Positions 14,613 to 23,283 of a DNA stretch of 32,000 nucleotides are shown one piece after another. Below the pieces are notes generated by a model. That model searched no databases and was not told the DNA's origin. It saw only the letters and a list, made by a program, of their open reading frames with translations. Position 1 is the stretch's first letter. Every line of letters starts with the position of its first letter. A program made the position numbers and the translations under genes. This DNA comes from Phycisphaera mikurensis NBRC 102666 (lineage in GTDB: Bacteria; Planctomycetota; Phycisphaerae; Phycisphaerales; Phycisphaeraceae): positions 300,001 through 332,000 of the forward strand of contig NC_017080.1 of the NCBI RefSeq assembly GCF_000284115.1, written 5' to 3'.

Positions 14613-15488
14613 ATGGCCTCTCTCACGAAGCTTCCTCTCCTGAGCGGCGCTGCCGCCGCCGCCGTCGCCGCCGCCCTCACCTCCACCGGCGGCGCCGCCG
14701 CGCAGGAGACCGAGATGGTCGAGGACATCAACAACGGCGCCATCAGCTGGACGCTGGGCAGCGACATCGTGTCGAAGTACGTCTTCCGGGGCTACGAGAT
14801 CCAGGAGGACGGCATCATCGTCCAGCCCTACGCCGAGTTCACCGCCGGCATCGCCGACGGCATCGACGTCTACGCGGGCATCTGGAACTCCACCGGCACC
14901 GAGACCAACGGCGACAACAACGAGCACTGGCTCGAGGCCGACATCTACGCCGGCGTGAGCATCGGCGAGGCGGTCCTGGGCGCGCCGATCGCCATCGACG
15001 TCTCCTACGTCAACTACACCTCGCCCAACGACACCTTCGGCCAGTACGAGGAGCTCGACTTCTTCGTCGGCTACGACGACAGCGACAACCCCATCAGCGT
15101 CGCCCCATACGCGCTGCTCGCCATCGAGTTCGACACCGAGGCCGCCGGCGACGACGACAACATCTACCTCGAGCTCGGCGGCGAGTTCGAGATGCAGGTC
15201 GTCGACAACGCGCAGTACCCCGTCGGCCTCACCGTGCCCGTGAAGCTGGGCCTCTCGCTGGACGAGTACTACGTCGACGACGAGGGCGACAACGAGTTCT
15301 TCGGCTACCTCTCCGTCGGCGCCAACGTCGGCGTGCCGCTGTCTTTCATCCCCCGCGAGTACGGCCAGTGGTCGGCCGCGGCCGGGCTCACGCTGTTCCT
15401 GCTCAACGACAACGCCGTCGGCCTCGACGACGGCGAGAACGAGAACTTCAACATCGTCGGAAGCGTCGGCTTCGCCCTGGAGTACTGA
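14613..15488 (+). CDS. Secreted beta-barrel protein, TorF/Gcw_chp-like putative porin
   Basis: It has a signal peptide (MASLTKLPLLSGAAAAAVAAALTSTGGAAAQE), an SKYVFRGYEIQ motif, an alternating beta-strand pattern and a terminal aromatic residue (ALEY). A GAAGGAA Shine-Dalgarno-like sequence lies 6 nt upstream of the ATG. Confidence 0.55.
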   Translation: MASLTKLPLLSGAAAAAVAAALTSTGGAAAQETEMVEDINNGAISWTLGSDIVSKYVFRGYEIQEDGIIVQPYAEFTAGIADGIDVYAGIWNSTGTETNGDNNEHWLEADIYAGVSIGEAVLGAPIAIDVSYVNYTSPNDTFGQYEELDFFVGYDDSDNPISVAPYALLAIEFDTEAAGDDDNIYLELGGEFEMQVVDNAQYPVGLTVPVKLGLSLDEYYVDDEGDNEFFGYLSVGANVGVPLSFIPREYGQWSAAAGLTLFLLNDNAVGLDDGENENFNIVGSVGFALEY

Positions 15489-15677
15489 AGCGGCCCGACG
15501 CCTCCGGGCGGCGATCCGGAGACCTCCGGAGACGCTGGGTGCGGGTCCCGGTCGGATGATCGGGTCCGGCTCGTCCGTGCGCGGCGGCGGCCGTCGTGCC
15601 GCGTCACCGGCGGCGGCGGCCGCCCGCTCCCACGGACCGTCGGCCCCCGCCGCCGAAGACCGCGGCGGTCCGCGGCG

Positions 15678-16688
15678 TCAATCGACGCCGGGCAGCCACA
15701 GGTAGCACGGCCCCGCCGACACCAGCGCCGCCGCGGCCTCCAGCCGCGCCAGCGCCGCCCCGGGCTTCGCGGCGGCGGCGGACGCACCCGGCTGCGCCGC
15801 CAGCACGCCGCGGACCGGCGCCGACGCGGGGTGGTAGCGCACCACGTCGACGCTCCGCCGGGCGAGGCCAGCCCGCCGCCGCGCCTCCGCCAGCGCGTCC
15901 GCGATCCCGCCCGCCGCGTCGGCGTAGCCCCACGCCGCCGCCGTCGCGCCCGTGAAGACGCGGCCGTCGGTGGCTTCCTCGGCGTGGGTCGCCTCGGGCC
16001 GCGCCGCCCGCACGCGCCGCTTGAAGCGGTCCGCGTACTCCGCGACCAGCGCCTCGAAGGTCTCCCGCTGGGCGGGCTGGAGCGTCGAGAGCGGCGACCC
16101 GGCGTCCTTGTTCGGCCCGGAGGTGATCGCGTCGGTGGAGATCCCCCAGCGCCCGAGCGCCTCCGCCGCCGAGACCGTCTGAAAGATCACCCCGATCGAG
16201 CCCGTCACGGCGGTCGGCTCCGCGGTGATCCCGTCCGCCGCGGTCGCCAGCAGGTAGCCGCCCGAGGTCGCCACCGCCCCCAGGTGCGCCACCACCGGCT
16301 TGCCGGTCGTGCGGCGGAAGCGTGTCAGCCGGTCCGCCATCAGCTCCGACGCGGTGACGGTGCCGCCGGGCGAGTTGATGCGGACCACCACCGCCGCGAC
16401 CGCCGGATCGGCCGCCGCCATGGAAAGCTCCGCGTCGAAGCGGGCGACCGGATTGGGCCCGGCGCCGTTGAGCAGCCCGGCGCCCGGGGCCCCGTCGGCG
16501 AGCGTGCCGGTCACGTCGATCAACGCGAGCTTCGGCGAGTTCCAGCGGCCGTCGTCCACGACCCGCGTCTGGATGCTCCCGGTCCGGCCGCCGGACAGGT
16601 CGACCACGACCTGCGAGGGGATGCAGCCGGGGAGCAGCAGCAGGTTGAGCAGCAGCAGGGGGAGCAGCAAGCGGAGACGCGGCCTCAT
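15678..16688 (-). CDS. sppA: Signal peptide peptidase SppA (S49 family, 36K type), lipoprotein
   Basis: It has a lipobox (LLLPGC) and the motifs VVVRINSPGGTV, ATSGGYLLA and TGSIGV. Confidence 0.85.
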   Translation of the reverse strand: MRPRLRLLLPLLLLNLLLLPGCIPSQVVVDLSGGRTGSIQTRVVDDGRWNSPKLALIDVTGTLADGAPGAGLLNGAGPNPVARFDAELSMAAADPAVAAVVVRINSPGGTVTASELMADRLTRFRRTTGKPVVAHLGAVATSGGYLLATAADGITAEPTAVTGSIGVIFQTVSAAEALGRWGISTDAITSGPNKDAGSPLSTLQPAQRETFEALVAEYADRFKRRVRAARPEATHAEEATDGRVFTGATAAAWGYADAAGGIADALAEARRRAGLARRSVDVVRYHPASAPVRGVLAAQPGASAAAAKPGAALARLEAAAALVSAGPCYLWLPGVD

Positions 16689-16917
16689 CGTGCGAGGGTA
16701 CGGAGCGGGGTGGACGCCGCCCGGCGTCCGCGCCGTGCGTGCGGGCCCGGCACGGCACGGGATGCCGCAACCCTTCTCGCGCCCGCGACCTCACGCCCGC
16801 GACCCGATCGGCAGGCCGGGCTCTGCGCCCGGTCCCGGGCGGATCGGTCGGCGGTTGCCCGCTTCGTTCCGGCCGACGCCGGCCCGCCACCCGCGGCTAC
16901 CGTCGCGGTCCCTCTTG

Positions 16918-16990
16918 GGGGGTGTAGCTCAGCGGTTAGAGCGCGGGACTCATAATCCTTTGGTCGCGGGTTCGAATCCTGCCACCCCTA
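16918..16990 (+). tRNA. tRNA with anticodon CAT (elongator Met or lysidine-type Ile2; not initiator-like)
   Basis: A 73-nt cloverleaf was folded by hand. Its parts are: acceptor GGGGGTG/CACCCCT, D-arm GCTC-AGCGGTTA-GAGC, anticodon loop CTCATAA, variable loop TGGTC, T-arm GCGGG-TTCGAAT-CCTGC and discriminator A, with no encoded CCA. It lacks the 1:72 mismatch and the three G-C pairs of initiator tRNAs. Confidence 0.85.
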
Positions 16991-17001
16991 AGCACGGACT
17001 G

Positions 17002-17162
17002 GCAGGCCGCTGCAGAACCTCGCGTCAGGCGAGAGCGCGGCAGAATCGTGTCTCGCGAGGAGAGCGGGACCCGCGTAGCCGTCTACTACGTGGGTTACGC
17101 TCGACGAAGCGAGACGCGATTCTGCCCGCTCGCAGCCCCGATGGGGTTCTGCAGCGGCCTGC
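17002..17162. repeat. 161-nt imperfect palindrome (long hairpin) between the tRNA and the guaD stop codon
   Basis: The outer arms are perfect for 18 bp (17002-17019 vs 17145-17162). The inner arms match 17/18 (17039-17056 vs 17109-17126), and there are further partial pairings towards the centre. Confidence 0.65.
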
Positions 17163-17644
17163 TAGTACTCGACGCGGCCCGCTCGCGCGGCCCAGGCCTC
17201 GAACGGCCGCATGGCCCGGTCCGCCGCCAGGTGCCGCGTCGGCTGCTCGCGTTGCGCCGGCGGCAGCGCCACCTGCTCGTGGAAGTTCTGGTCGTCGAAA
17301 CCGCCCGCCGCCGCATCCGCGGCGCTGGCGGCGTAGTAGCACGCGTCCAGCCGGGCCCAGGCGATGGCCCCCACGCACATCGGGCAGGGCTCGCAGCTCG
17401 TGTAGAGCACGCAGCCGGAGAGGTCGTGCGTGCCGAGGCGCTCGGCCGCCCGCCGGATCGCGACGACCTCGCCGTGGGCGGTCGGATCGGCCGCCACGGT
17501 CACGCGGTTGAAGCCCTCCGCGACCGCCTCACCCCCCCGCGTGACCACCGCGCCGAAGGGACCGCCCCCGCTGGCCACGCTCTCCACCGCGAGGTCGATG
17601 GCGCGTTCGATCCAGGCACCATGGTCGGCGGCTCGGGTTCCCAT
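17162..17644 (-). CDS. guaD: Guanine deaminase (CDA-fold nucleoside/nucleobase deaminase)
   Basis: GGPFGAVV, DPTAHGEV, LYTSCEPCPMCVGAIAWAR, GFDD and PFEAW are, as I recall it, collinear with B. subtilis GuaD. Confidence 0.8.
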   Translation of the reverse strand: MGTRAADHGAWIERAIDLAVESVASGGGPFGAVVTRGGEAVAEGFNRVTVAADPTAHGEVVAIRRAAERLGTHDLSGCVLYTSCEPCPMCVGAIAWARLDACYYAASAADAAAGGFDDQNFHEQVALPPAQREQPTRHLAADRAMRPFEAWAARAGRVEY

Positions 17645-17671
17645 GGGCAGACGCTACGCGGAGCCGCCGCC

Positions 17672-18139
17672 TCACCGCGTCTCCAGCCAGGCGATCAGCC
17701 CGGCGACGTCCTCGACGCCGAGCACGTGGGCGTAGCGGCTCATCCGGGTCGTCTCCTCGAAGCCTTTCACGTGCGCGGCCTGCGAGTGGACGATCGACTC
17801 CCAGAGGTAGGCCCGGTCGGCGGTCACCTCGCGGACGCCGCCCGCGGCGGCGGGGTCCGCGAGCCGCACCGGCTGCCCCGCGACGCCGGCGAGGCTCGGG
17901 CCGGTGGCGGGGCGGTCGTCGAAGCGGTGGCAGGTCCCGCACTCCATCTCGGCGAAGGTCTCGCGGCCGCGGACGATGAGCGCCGCAAGCGATTCGGGGT
18001 CGCGGTCCGCGGCCTCGAGGCGGGCGAGCACCAGCGCCTCGGGGGCCCGCGGCGGCGCGTCCGCCGGCGGGCCGCAACCGGAGCCGGCCGCCGCCACCCA
18101 CAGCGGCGCGAGCCGGATGCATCGTCGGGTCGGCTTCAC
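17672..18139 (-). CDS. c-type cytochrome, lipoprotein
   Basis: It has a lipobox (AAGSGC) and a single haem-binding site CGTCH, with a distal Met candidate (TRMSRY). Confidence 0.7.
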   Translation of the reverse strand: MKPTRRCIRLAPLWVAAAGSGCGPPADAPPRAPEALVLARLEAADRDPESLAALIVRGRETFAEMECGTCHRFDDRPATGPSLAGVAGQPVRLADPAAAGGVREVTADRAYLWESIVHSQAAHVKGFEETTRMSRYAHVLGVEDVAGLIAWLETR

Positions 18140-18459
18140 GGCGGATTCCTAGGACAACCGGCGGCGCGCCGGTGGAAAACCTGGCCGTGCTTGTCGCCGC
18201 TCACGCCGCTTGAAAGTTCTTCTCATGCTCCCTGAACACGGTTTTTCGGGTTCAGGGAGCCCCCGAGGGGCCTTCCGCTCTCAAGCAGGCCCCCAGGGAG
18301 CGGGCGTGACCGCTTTTCCGCGTTTGCCACCCCCATATGTAGTGGCTAACGTTGCTTCGCCCCACCACCCGATGTGGTGGAGGACTCACCCGCTCCCACG
18401 CACCGCCGCGTGGCGACGCCGTTCGATCGGCCCGCGCCACCCTTTTTCTGCGCCCGCCC

Positions 18460-19032
18460 ATGCCCGTGCTCAGCGACACCCAGATCCGCGAACAGGTCGG
18501 CATCGAGCCCTTCGCCGACGCGGCGAAGCGGCCGGGCTCGATCAGCTACGGCGTGTCCAGCTACGGCTACGACGTCCGCGTGGGCACCCTCTTCAAGATC
18601 TTCACCGCCACGCCGCCCTCGGGCCGGCAGGCCGTGGTCGATCCCAAACGCTTCAACGAGGAGTGCTTCGTCACGGTCGACACGGCCCACCACCAGGCCG
18701 ACCACGTCATCGTGCCGCCGAACTCCTTCGCCCTCTGCGAGACCGTCGAGGTCTTCGACATCCCCCGCGACGTGCTGGCGATCTGCGTGGGCAAGAGCAC
18801 CTACGCCCGCTGCGGGATCATCGTGAACGTCACGCCGCTGGAGCCGGAGTGGCGGGGCAAGATCACCATCGAGATCAGCAACACCACGCCGCTGCCGGCG
18901 AAGATCTACGCGAACGAGGGCATCGCCCAGCTGATCTTCCTGAAGGCGGACGACGTGTGCGCGGTGTCGTACGCCGACAAGGCCGGCAAGTACCAGGACC
19001 AGACGGGGCTCGTGCTCCCGAAGGTGGATTGA
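18460..19032 (+). CDS. dcd: dCTP deaminase
   Basis: It carries [52 protein letters not shown] and [11 protein letters not shown] place the start at ATG 18460. Confidence 0.9.
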   Translation: MPVLSDTQIREQVGIEPFADAAKRPGSISYGVSSYGYDVRVGTLFKIFTATPPSGRQAVVDPKRFNEECFVTVDTAHHQADHVIVPPNSFALCETVEVFDIPRDVLAICVGKSTYARCGIIVNVTPLEPEWRGKITIEISNTTPLPAKIYANEGIAQLIFLKADDVCAVSYADKAGKYQDQTGLVLPKVD

Positions 19033-19096
19033 GCGGGGTCGCGCCTCTGGGGGCCACTGGGGATCGGATCTACGTGTGTTTCCTGCAGATCTTCTC

Positions 19097-19390
19097 ATGA
19101 CCGACACGCCCCTCCCCGACGACGAGCTCCGCGGGTTCCTCCGGGAGATGGTTGAGGCCCAGCAGAGCGGGAAGCACGAGCCCGTGATGGGCTTCGCCCC
19201 CGCCCGCGGCCGCCGGGTCTGGGTGAAGGCCGCCGAGGGCGGCGAAGAAACCCCGCTCTGCGAGGGCATCACGCCCAAGCAGCTCCGCGCCCTCGCCGCC
19301 GCGGGCCTGATGTCCGTGACCACGCCCCGCTCGTACTGGCGCCTCCGCCTCCGCCCCGCCGCCTTCGACGCCGTGTCCGGAACGATTTAG
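19097..19390 (+). CDS. Hypothetical small protein (97 aa)
   Basis: The ORF has GC-rich third codon positions and lies between dcd and the nrdJ leader. It has no recognisable motif. An alternative GTG start lies at 19076. Confidence 0.4.
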   Translation: MTDTPLPDDELRGFLREMVEAQQSGKHEPVMGFAPARGRRVWVKAAEGGEETPLCEGITPKQLRALAAAGLMSVTTPRSYWRLRLRPAAFDAVSGTI

Positions 19391-19400
19391 CCAGAAAAGG

Positions 19401-19450
19401 ACACAGATGGACCTCAATGAAAACAGATGAACACAGATGAATACAGGTCG
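19401..19450 (+). repeat. Five tandem 10-bp units (consensus AnACAGATGA) in a low-GC patch of the nrdJ upstream region
   Basis: The units are acacagatgg / acctcaatga / aaacagatga / acacagatga / atacaggtcg. An inverted imperfect copy lies at about 19541-19570. Confidence 0.6.
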
Positions 19451-19610
19451 AGCGGGTGCGGTCTCGGATCGGCTCGCCTTCTTGCTCCCGCTCGAGCATC
19501 GAAACAAGCCGCCTGCCTGCGTCCAGCTGTGGAGCGGAACACCTCTGTCCATCTGCGTTCATCCGTGGCTCGCCTCCCTCTGATCGCGCCGCAGCACGCC
19601 TCCTGAACCG

Positions 19611-19640
19611 CCCCCGCCCCCGCCCCCGCCCCCGCCCCCG
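19611..19640 (+). repeat. (CCCCCG)5 perfect hexanucleotide microsatellite, 28 nt upstream of the nrdJ ATG
   Basis: Five perfect tandem CCCCCG units were read directly from the sequence. Confidence 0.9.
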
Positions 19641-19667
19641 CACGGAATCCTCCCCCCACCCCGCTCC

Positions 19668-22600
19668 ATGAAGATCTCCCGCCACTTCACCACCGCAGGC
19701 CGCGACGTTTTCGACGACATCGCGTGGTCCACGCGCACCAGCCGGATCTCCGGCACCGACGGCCGCGTGGTCTTCGAAATGAACGACGCCGAGGTCCCCG
19801 CCGGCTGGAGCCAGCTCGCCACCGACATCATGGTGAGCAAGTACTTCCGCAAAGCCGGCGTGCCCCAGCTCGACGAGAACGGCGAGCCGCTGGAGGACGC
19901 CGACGGCCAGCCGGTCACCGGACCCGAACGCTCGGCACGCCAGGTCATCCACCGCCTCGCCCTGTGCTGGACGACCTGGGGCCGCGAGCACGGCTACTTC
20001 GACACGGCCGAGGACGGCGACGCCTTCTACGACGAGCTCTGCCACATGATGCTCCGGCAGATGTGCGCGCCCAACTCGCCGCAGTGGTTCAACACCGGGC
20101 TCAACGCGGCGTACGGCATCCAGGGCCCGCCGCAGGGCCACTGGTACGTTGACCCGGAGACCGGCGAAGCCCGGCAGTCCGAGGACGCTTACACGCACCC
20201 GCAGCCGCACGCCTGCTTCATCCAGAGCGTCGACGACGACCTCGTGGGCGACGACGGCATCATGAGCCTGTGGACCCGCGAGGCCCGGCTGTTCAAGTAC
20301 GGCTCGGGCACCGGCACCAATTTCAGCAGCATCCGCGGCGAGGACGAGCCGCTGGCCGGCGGCGGCCGCAGCTCGGGGCTGATGTCCTTCCTGAAGATCG
20401 GCGACCGCGCGGCGGGCGCCATCAAGAGCGGCGGCACCACGCGGCGTGCGGCGAAGATGTGCTGCCTGGACCTGGACCACCCCGACGTGGAGGCCTTCGT
20501 CAACTGGAAGGTCCGCGAGGAGATCAAGGTCGCCGCGCTGGTCGCCGGCATGGAGCGGCTCGCCGATCAGAAGGCCTCGCCCGACGACCCCGAGACCCTC
20601 GGCGAGACCGCGGAGCGGCTCGGCCTCCAGCTCGACTACGACTTCAACGGGGAGGCCTACGCCACCGTCTCCGGGCAGAACTCCAACAACTCGGTGCGCA
20701 TCCCCAACGCCTTCTTCGAGGCCGTTGCCAACGATGCCGACTGGACGCTGACCCGCCGCACCGACGGCGAGGTCGCCAAGACGCTCGACGCCAACGCCCT
20801 CTGGGACGCCATCGGCTACGCCGCCTGGCGCTGCGCCGACCCGGGCGTGCAGTACGACACGACGATCAACGACTGGCACACCTGCCCCGAGGCCGGCCGG
20901 ATCAACGCGAGCAACCCCTGCTCGGAGTACATGTTCCTGGACGACACGGCGTGCAACCTCGCGTCGTTGAATCTCCTGACGTTCTTCGACGAGGAAACCG
21001 CCACCTTCGACGCGGCGTCCTTCGAGCACGGCGTCTCGATCTGGACGATCGTGCTGGAGATCTCGGTGCTCATGGCCCAGTTCCCGAGCCGGGCGATCGC
21101 CGAGAACAGCTTCCGCTTCCGCACGCTGGGGCTGGGCTACGCCAACCTGGGCGCGATGCTCATGCGGGCCGGCATCCCCTACGACAGCGACCGCGGCCGC
21201 GCGATCGCCGGCTGCGTCACCGCGATCCTCACCGGCCGCAGCTACGCGACCTCCGCCGCGATGGCGGGCGAGCTGGGCGCGTTCCCCGCGTACGCGGAGA
21301 ACCTGTCCGCAGACCCCGCGGGCGGCGGCAACATGCTCCGCGTCATCCGGAACCACCGCCGGGCCGCGTACGGGATCCCGTCCCACGCGGACGAGGCGAC
21401 CAAGAGCGAGCTGGGCGACTACGAGCGGATCGGCGTGCGGCCGGTGCCCATCCAGGGGGCGGACCTCACGAGCGACCACGAGGCCTGCGGCAAGCTGAGC
21501 AACGGCGAGGACCTGCTGGCCCGGGCCCGCCGCGCCTGGGACGACGCGCTCGCGGGCGGCGAGGCCCACGGCTTCCGCAACGCCCAGGCGACCGTGCTTG
21601 CGCCCACCGGCACGATCGGGCTGCTGATGGACTGCGACACCACCGGCGTCGAGCCGGACTTCGCGCTGGTCAAGTTCAAGAAGCTCGCCGGCGGCGGGTA
21701 CTTCAAGATCGTCAACCAGAGCCTCCCGCCCGCGCTCAAGTCGCTCGGCTACGGCGAGGCCCAGGTCAACGCGATCCTGCAGCACGTGCTCGGCACGCTG
21801 CACCTGGACGTGCCGCTCACGCTCGACGGCAAGACCGACAGCACGCGCAGCTTCCGCGAGTGGCTCACCGAGCGTGGCTTCACCGCCGAGGACCTCGAGA
21901 AGGTCGAGGCCGGCCTGCCAAGCGTCTTCGAATTGGGCATGGCTTTCTCGGCGTGGACGCTCGGCGACGAAGCCCTCGCGCGTGTCGGCCTGGACCCCGC
22001 CGCGGCGCAGCAGGCCGGCTTCTCCGTGCTCGAGCAGCTGGGGCTCCGCCGGAAGGACGTCGCCGCGATGAACGCCATCGTCTGCGGCACGCAGACCGTC
22101 GAGGGCGCGCCGCAGCTCAAGGACGAGCACCTCGCCGTGTTCGACTGCGCGAACACCTGCGGCCCGACCGGGGAGCGCTTCATCTCGGCCGAGGGCCACA
22201 TCCGGATGATGGCCGCGGCCCAGCCCTTCCTCTCCGGGGCGATCTCCAAGACGATCAACCTCCCGCACGACGCCAGCGTGGCCGACATCCAGGACGCCTA
22301 CCGCACCAGCTGGGAGCTGGGCATCAAGGCCAACGCGCTCTACCGCGACGGCTGCAAGCTGAGCCAGCCGCTGAACACCTCGTCCTCCGACGTCCAGGAG
22401 GATGCCGACGACGACGCCGACGTGCAGGAGGCCCTCGAGGAGGTTGCCGCCGGCGTCGCCGCGGCGGCCGGGGCCGCCGTGGCCGGTGCGGACGGCGAGG
22501 CGGTCGGGGGCATCGTGGAGCGGGTGGTCGAGCGTCCCCTGCGTCGCCGCCTGCCCGACACGCGGCTCTCGCGGACCCACAAGTTCAACGTCGCCGGCAA

Positions 22601-23171
22601 CGAGGGCTACCTGACCGTCGGCCTCCACGACGACGGGAGCCCCGGCGAGCTGTTCATCACGATGGCCAAGGAGGGCTCGACCATCGGCGGCCTGATGGAC
22701 ACGCTGGGCACGGCCGTCTCGGTCGCGCTGCAGTACGGCGTCCCGATCGAGAGCCTGGTGACCAAGTTCAGCCACCAGCGCTTCGAGCCCGCGGGGATGA
22801 CCCACAACCCCGACATCCCCTTCGCCAAGAGCCTGGTGGACTACATCTTCCGCTGGATGGGCATCGAGTTCGTCGAGGGCTACCGCGAGCAGGTCGTGCC
22901 GCGGCGGGCCGCCGCGGTGGCGGCCCCGACGCCGCCGGCCCAGCACCCCGGTGCCGCCGTGGTCGGGCGTGCGGCGGCCGCTCCGCGGAACCCGCGGACC
23001 GCCGGCGGACACGCCGCCGAACCCGCGCGGTCCGCGGACTCCACCCTCTCCGAAGCCATGAGCTCGCTGCAGAGCGACGCCCCGGCCTGCGACGGCTGCG
23101 GCTCGATCACCGTCCGCAACGGCACCTGCTACCGCTGCCTCAACTGCGGCGCCTCGATGGGCTGCAGCTGA
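19668..23171 (+). CDS. nrdJ: Adenosylcobalamin-dependent ribonucleoside-diphosphate/triphosphate reductase (class II)
   Basis: It carries SPQWFN, CFIQSV.DDL, KYGSGTG.NFS.IRG, SGGTTRRAAKM, SNPCSEY, TVLAPTGTI, GAISKTINLP and a C-terminal zinc ribbon CDGCGS...CYRCLNCG. Confidence 0.95.
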   Translation: MKISRHFTTAGRDVFDDIAWSTRTSRISGTDGRVVFEMNDAEVPAGWSQLATDIMVSKYFRKAGVPQLDENGEPLEDADGQPVTGPERSARQVIHRLALCWTTWGREHGYFDTAEDGDAFYDELCHMMLRQMCAPNSPQWFNTGLNAAYGIQGPPQGHWYVDPETGEARQSEDAYTHPQPHACFIQSVDDDLVGDDGIMSLWTREARLFKYGSGTGTNFSSIRGEDEPLAGGGRSSGLMSFLKIGDRAAGAIKSGGTTRRAAKMCCLDLDHPDVEAFVNWKVREEIKVAALVAGMERLADQKASPDDPETLGETAERLGLQLDYDFNGEAYATVSGQNSNNSVRIPNAFFEAVANDADWTLTRRTDGEVAKTLDANALWDAIGYAAWRCADPGVQYDTTINDWHTCPEAGRINASNPCSEYMFLDDTACNLASLNLLTFFDEETATFDAASFEHGVSIWTIVLEISVLMAQFPSRAIAENSFRFRTLGLGYANLGAMLMRAGIPYDSDRGRAIAGCVTAILTGRSYATSAAMAGELGAFPAYAENLSADPAGGGNMLRVIRNHRRAAYGIPSHADEATKSELGDYERIGVRPVPIQGADLTSDHEACGKLSNGEDLLARARRAWDDALAGGEAHGFRNAQATVLAPTGTIGLLMDCDTTGVEPDFALVKFKKLAGGGYFKIVNQSLPPALKSLGYGEAQVNAILQHVLGTLHLDVPLTLDGKTDSTRSFREWLTERGFTAEDLEKVEAGLPSVFELGMAFSAWTLGDEALARVGLDPAAAQQAGFSVLEQLGLRRKDVAAMNAIVCGTQTVEGAPQLKDEHLAVFDCANTCGPTGERFISAEGHIRMMAAAQPFLSGAISKTINLPHDASVADIQDAYRTSWELGIKANALYRDGCKLSQPLNTSSSDVQEDADDDADVQEALEEVAAGVAAAAGAAVAGADGEAVGGIVERVVERPLRRRLPDTRLSRTHKFNVAGNEGYLTVGLHDDGSPGELFITMAKEGSTIGGLMDTLGTAVSVALQYGVPIESLVTKFSHQRFEPAGMTHNPDIPFAKSLVDYIFRWMGIEFVEGYREQVVPRRAAAVAAPTPPAQHPGAAVVGRAAAAPRNPRTAGGHAAEPARSADSTLSEAMSSLQSDAPACDGCGSITVRNGTCYRCLNCGASMGCS

Positions 23172-23248
23172 GCCCCCCCGACCACCACGGACGTCTGGAA
23201 AGCGGGTGAACCCCGCACCACGGACGGACCGTCAGGGAAGACACACGG

Positions 23249-23283
23249 CACCGCCCCGGCCTCGACCCCGGGGCGGTGTTGTG
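23249..23283 (+). terminator. Candidate nrdJ terminator hairpin
   Basis: An 11-bp perfect G+C stem, CACCGCCCCGG/CCGGGGCGGTG, is followed by TTGTG (a weak U-tract). Confidence 0.45.

Noticed and set aside
16918-17170. The tRNA 3' end as an attachment site of an integrated element.
   Set aside because: There is no integrase, no duplicated tRNA 3' segment and no foreign-looking genes on either side (sppA and guaD). Only the palindrome is unusual, and it is reported separately.
19611-19640. The tandem repeat as a possible CRISPR array.
   Set aside because: The units are 6 nt with no spacers. It is a microsatellite, and there are no cas genes in the window.
19391-19667. A cobalamin riboswitch or NrdR boxes upstream of nrdJ.
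   Set aside because: I could not find the B12-box core (AGYCMGG.GACCKGCC-like) or the GGGAA/GGTG..AATCC elements. The repeats are direct 10-mers, not the 16-bp palindromic NrdR box (acaCwAtATaTwGtgt). A covariance-model scan (Rfam RF00174) would settle the riboswitch question.
19269-23012. A 1247-aa ORF on the minus strand, the longest ORF in the track.
   Set aside because: It is exactly antisense to nrdJ, which has unambiguous class II RNR motifs throughout. The product is Arg/Gly/Ala/Pro/Val-rich low-complexity sequence typical of shadow frames in 70% GC DNA.
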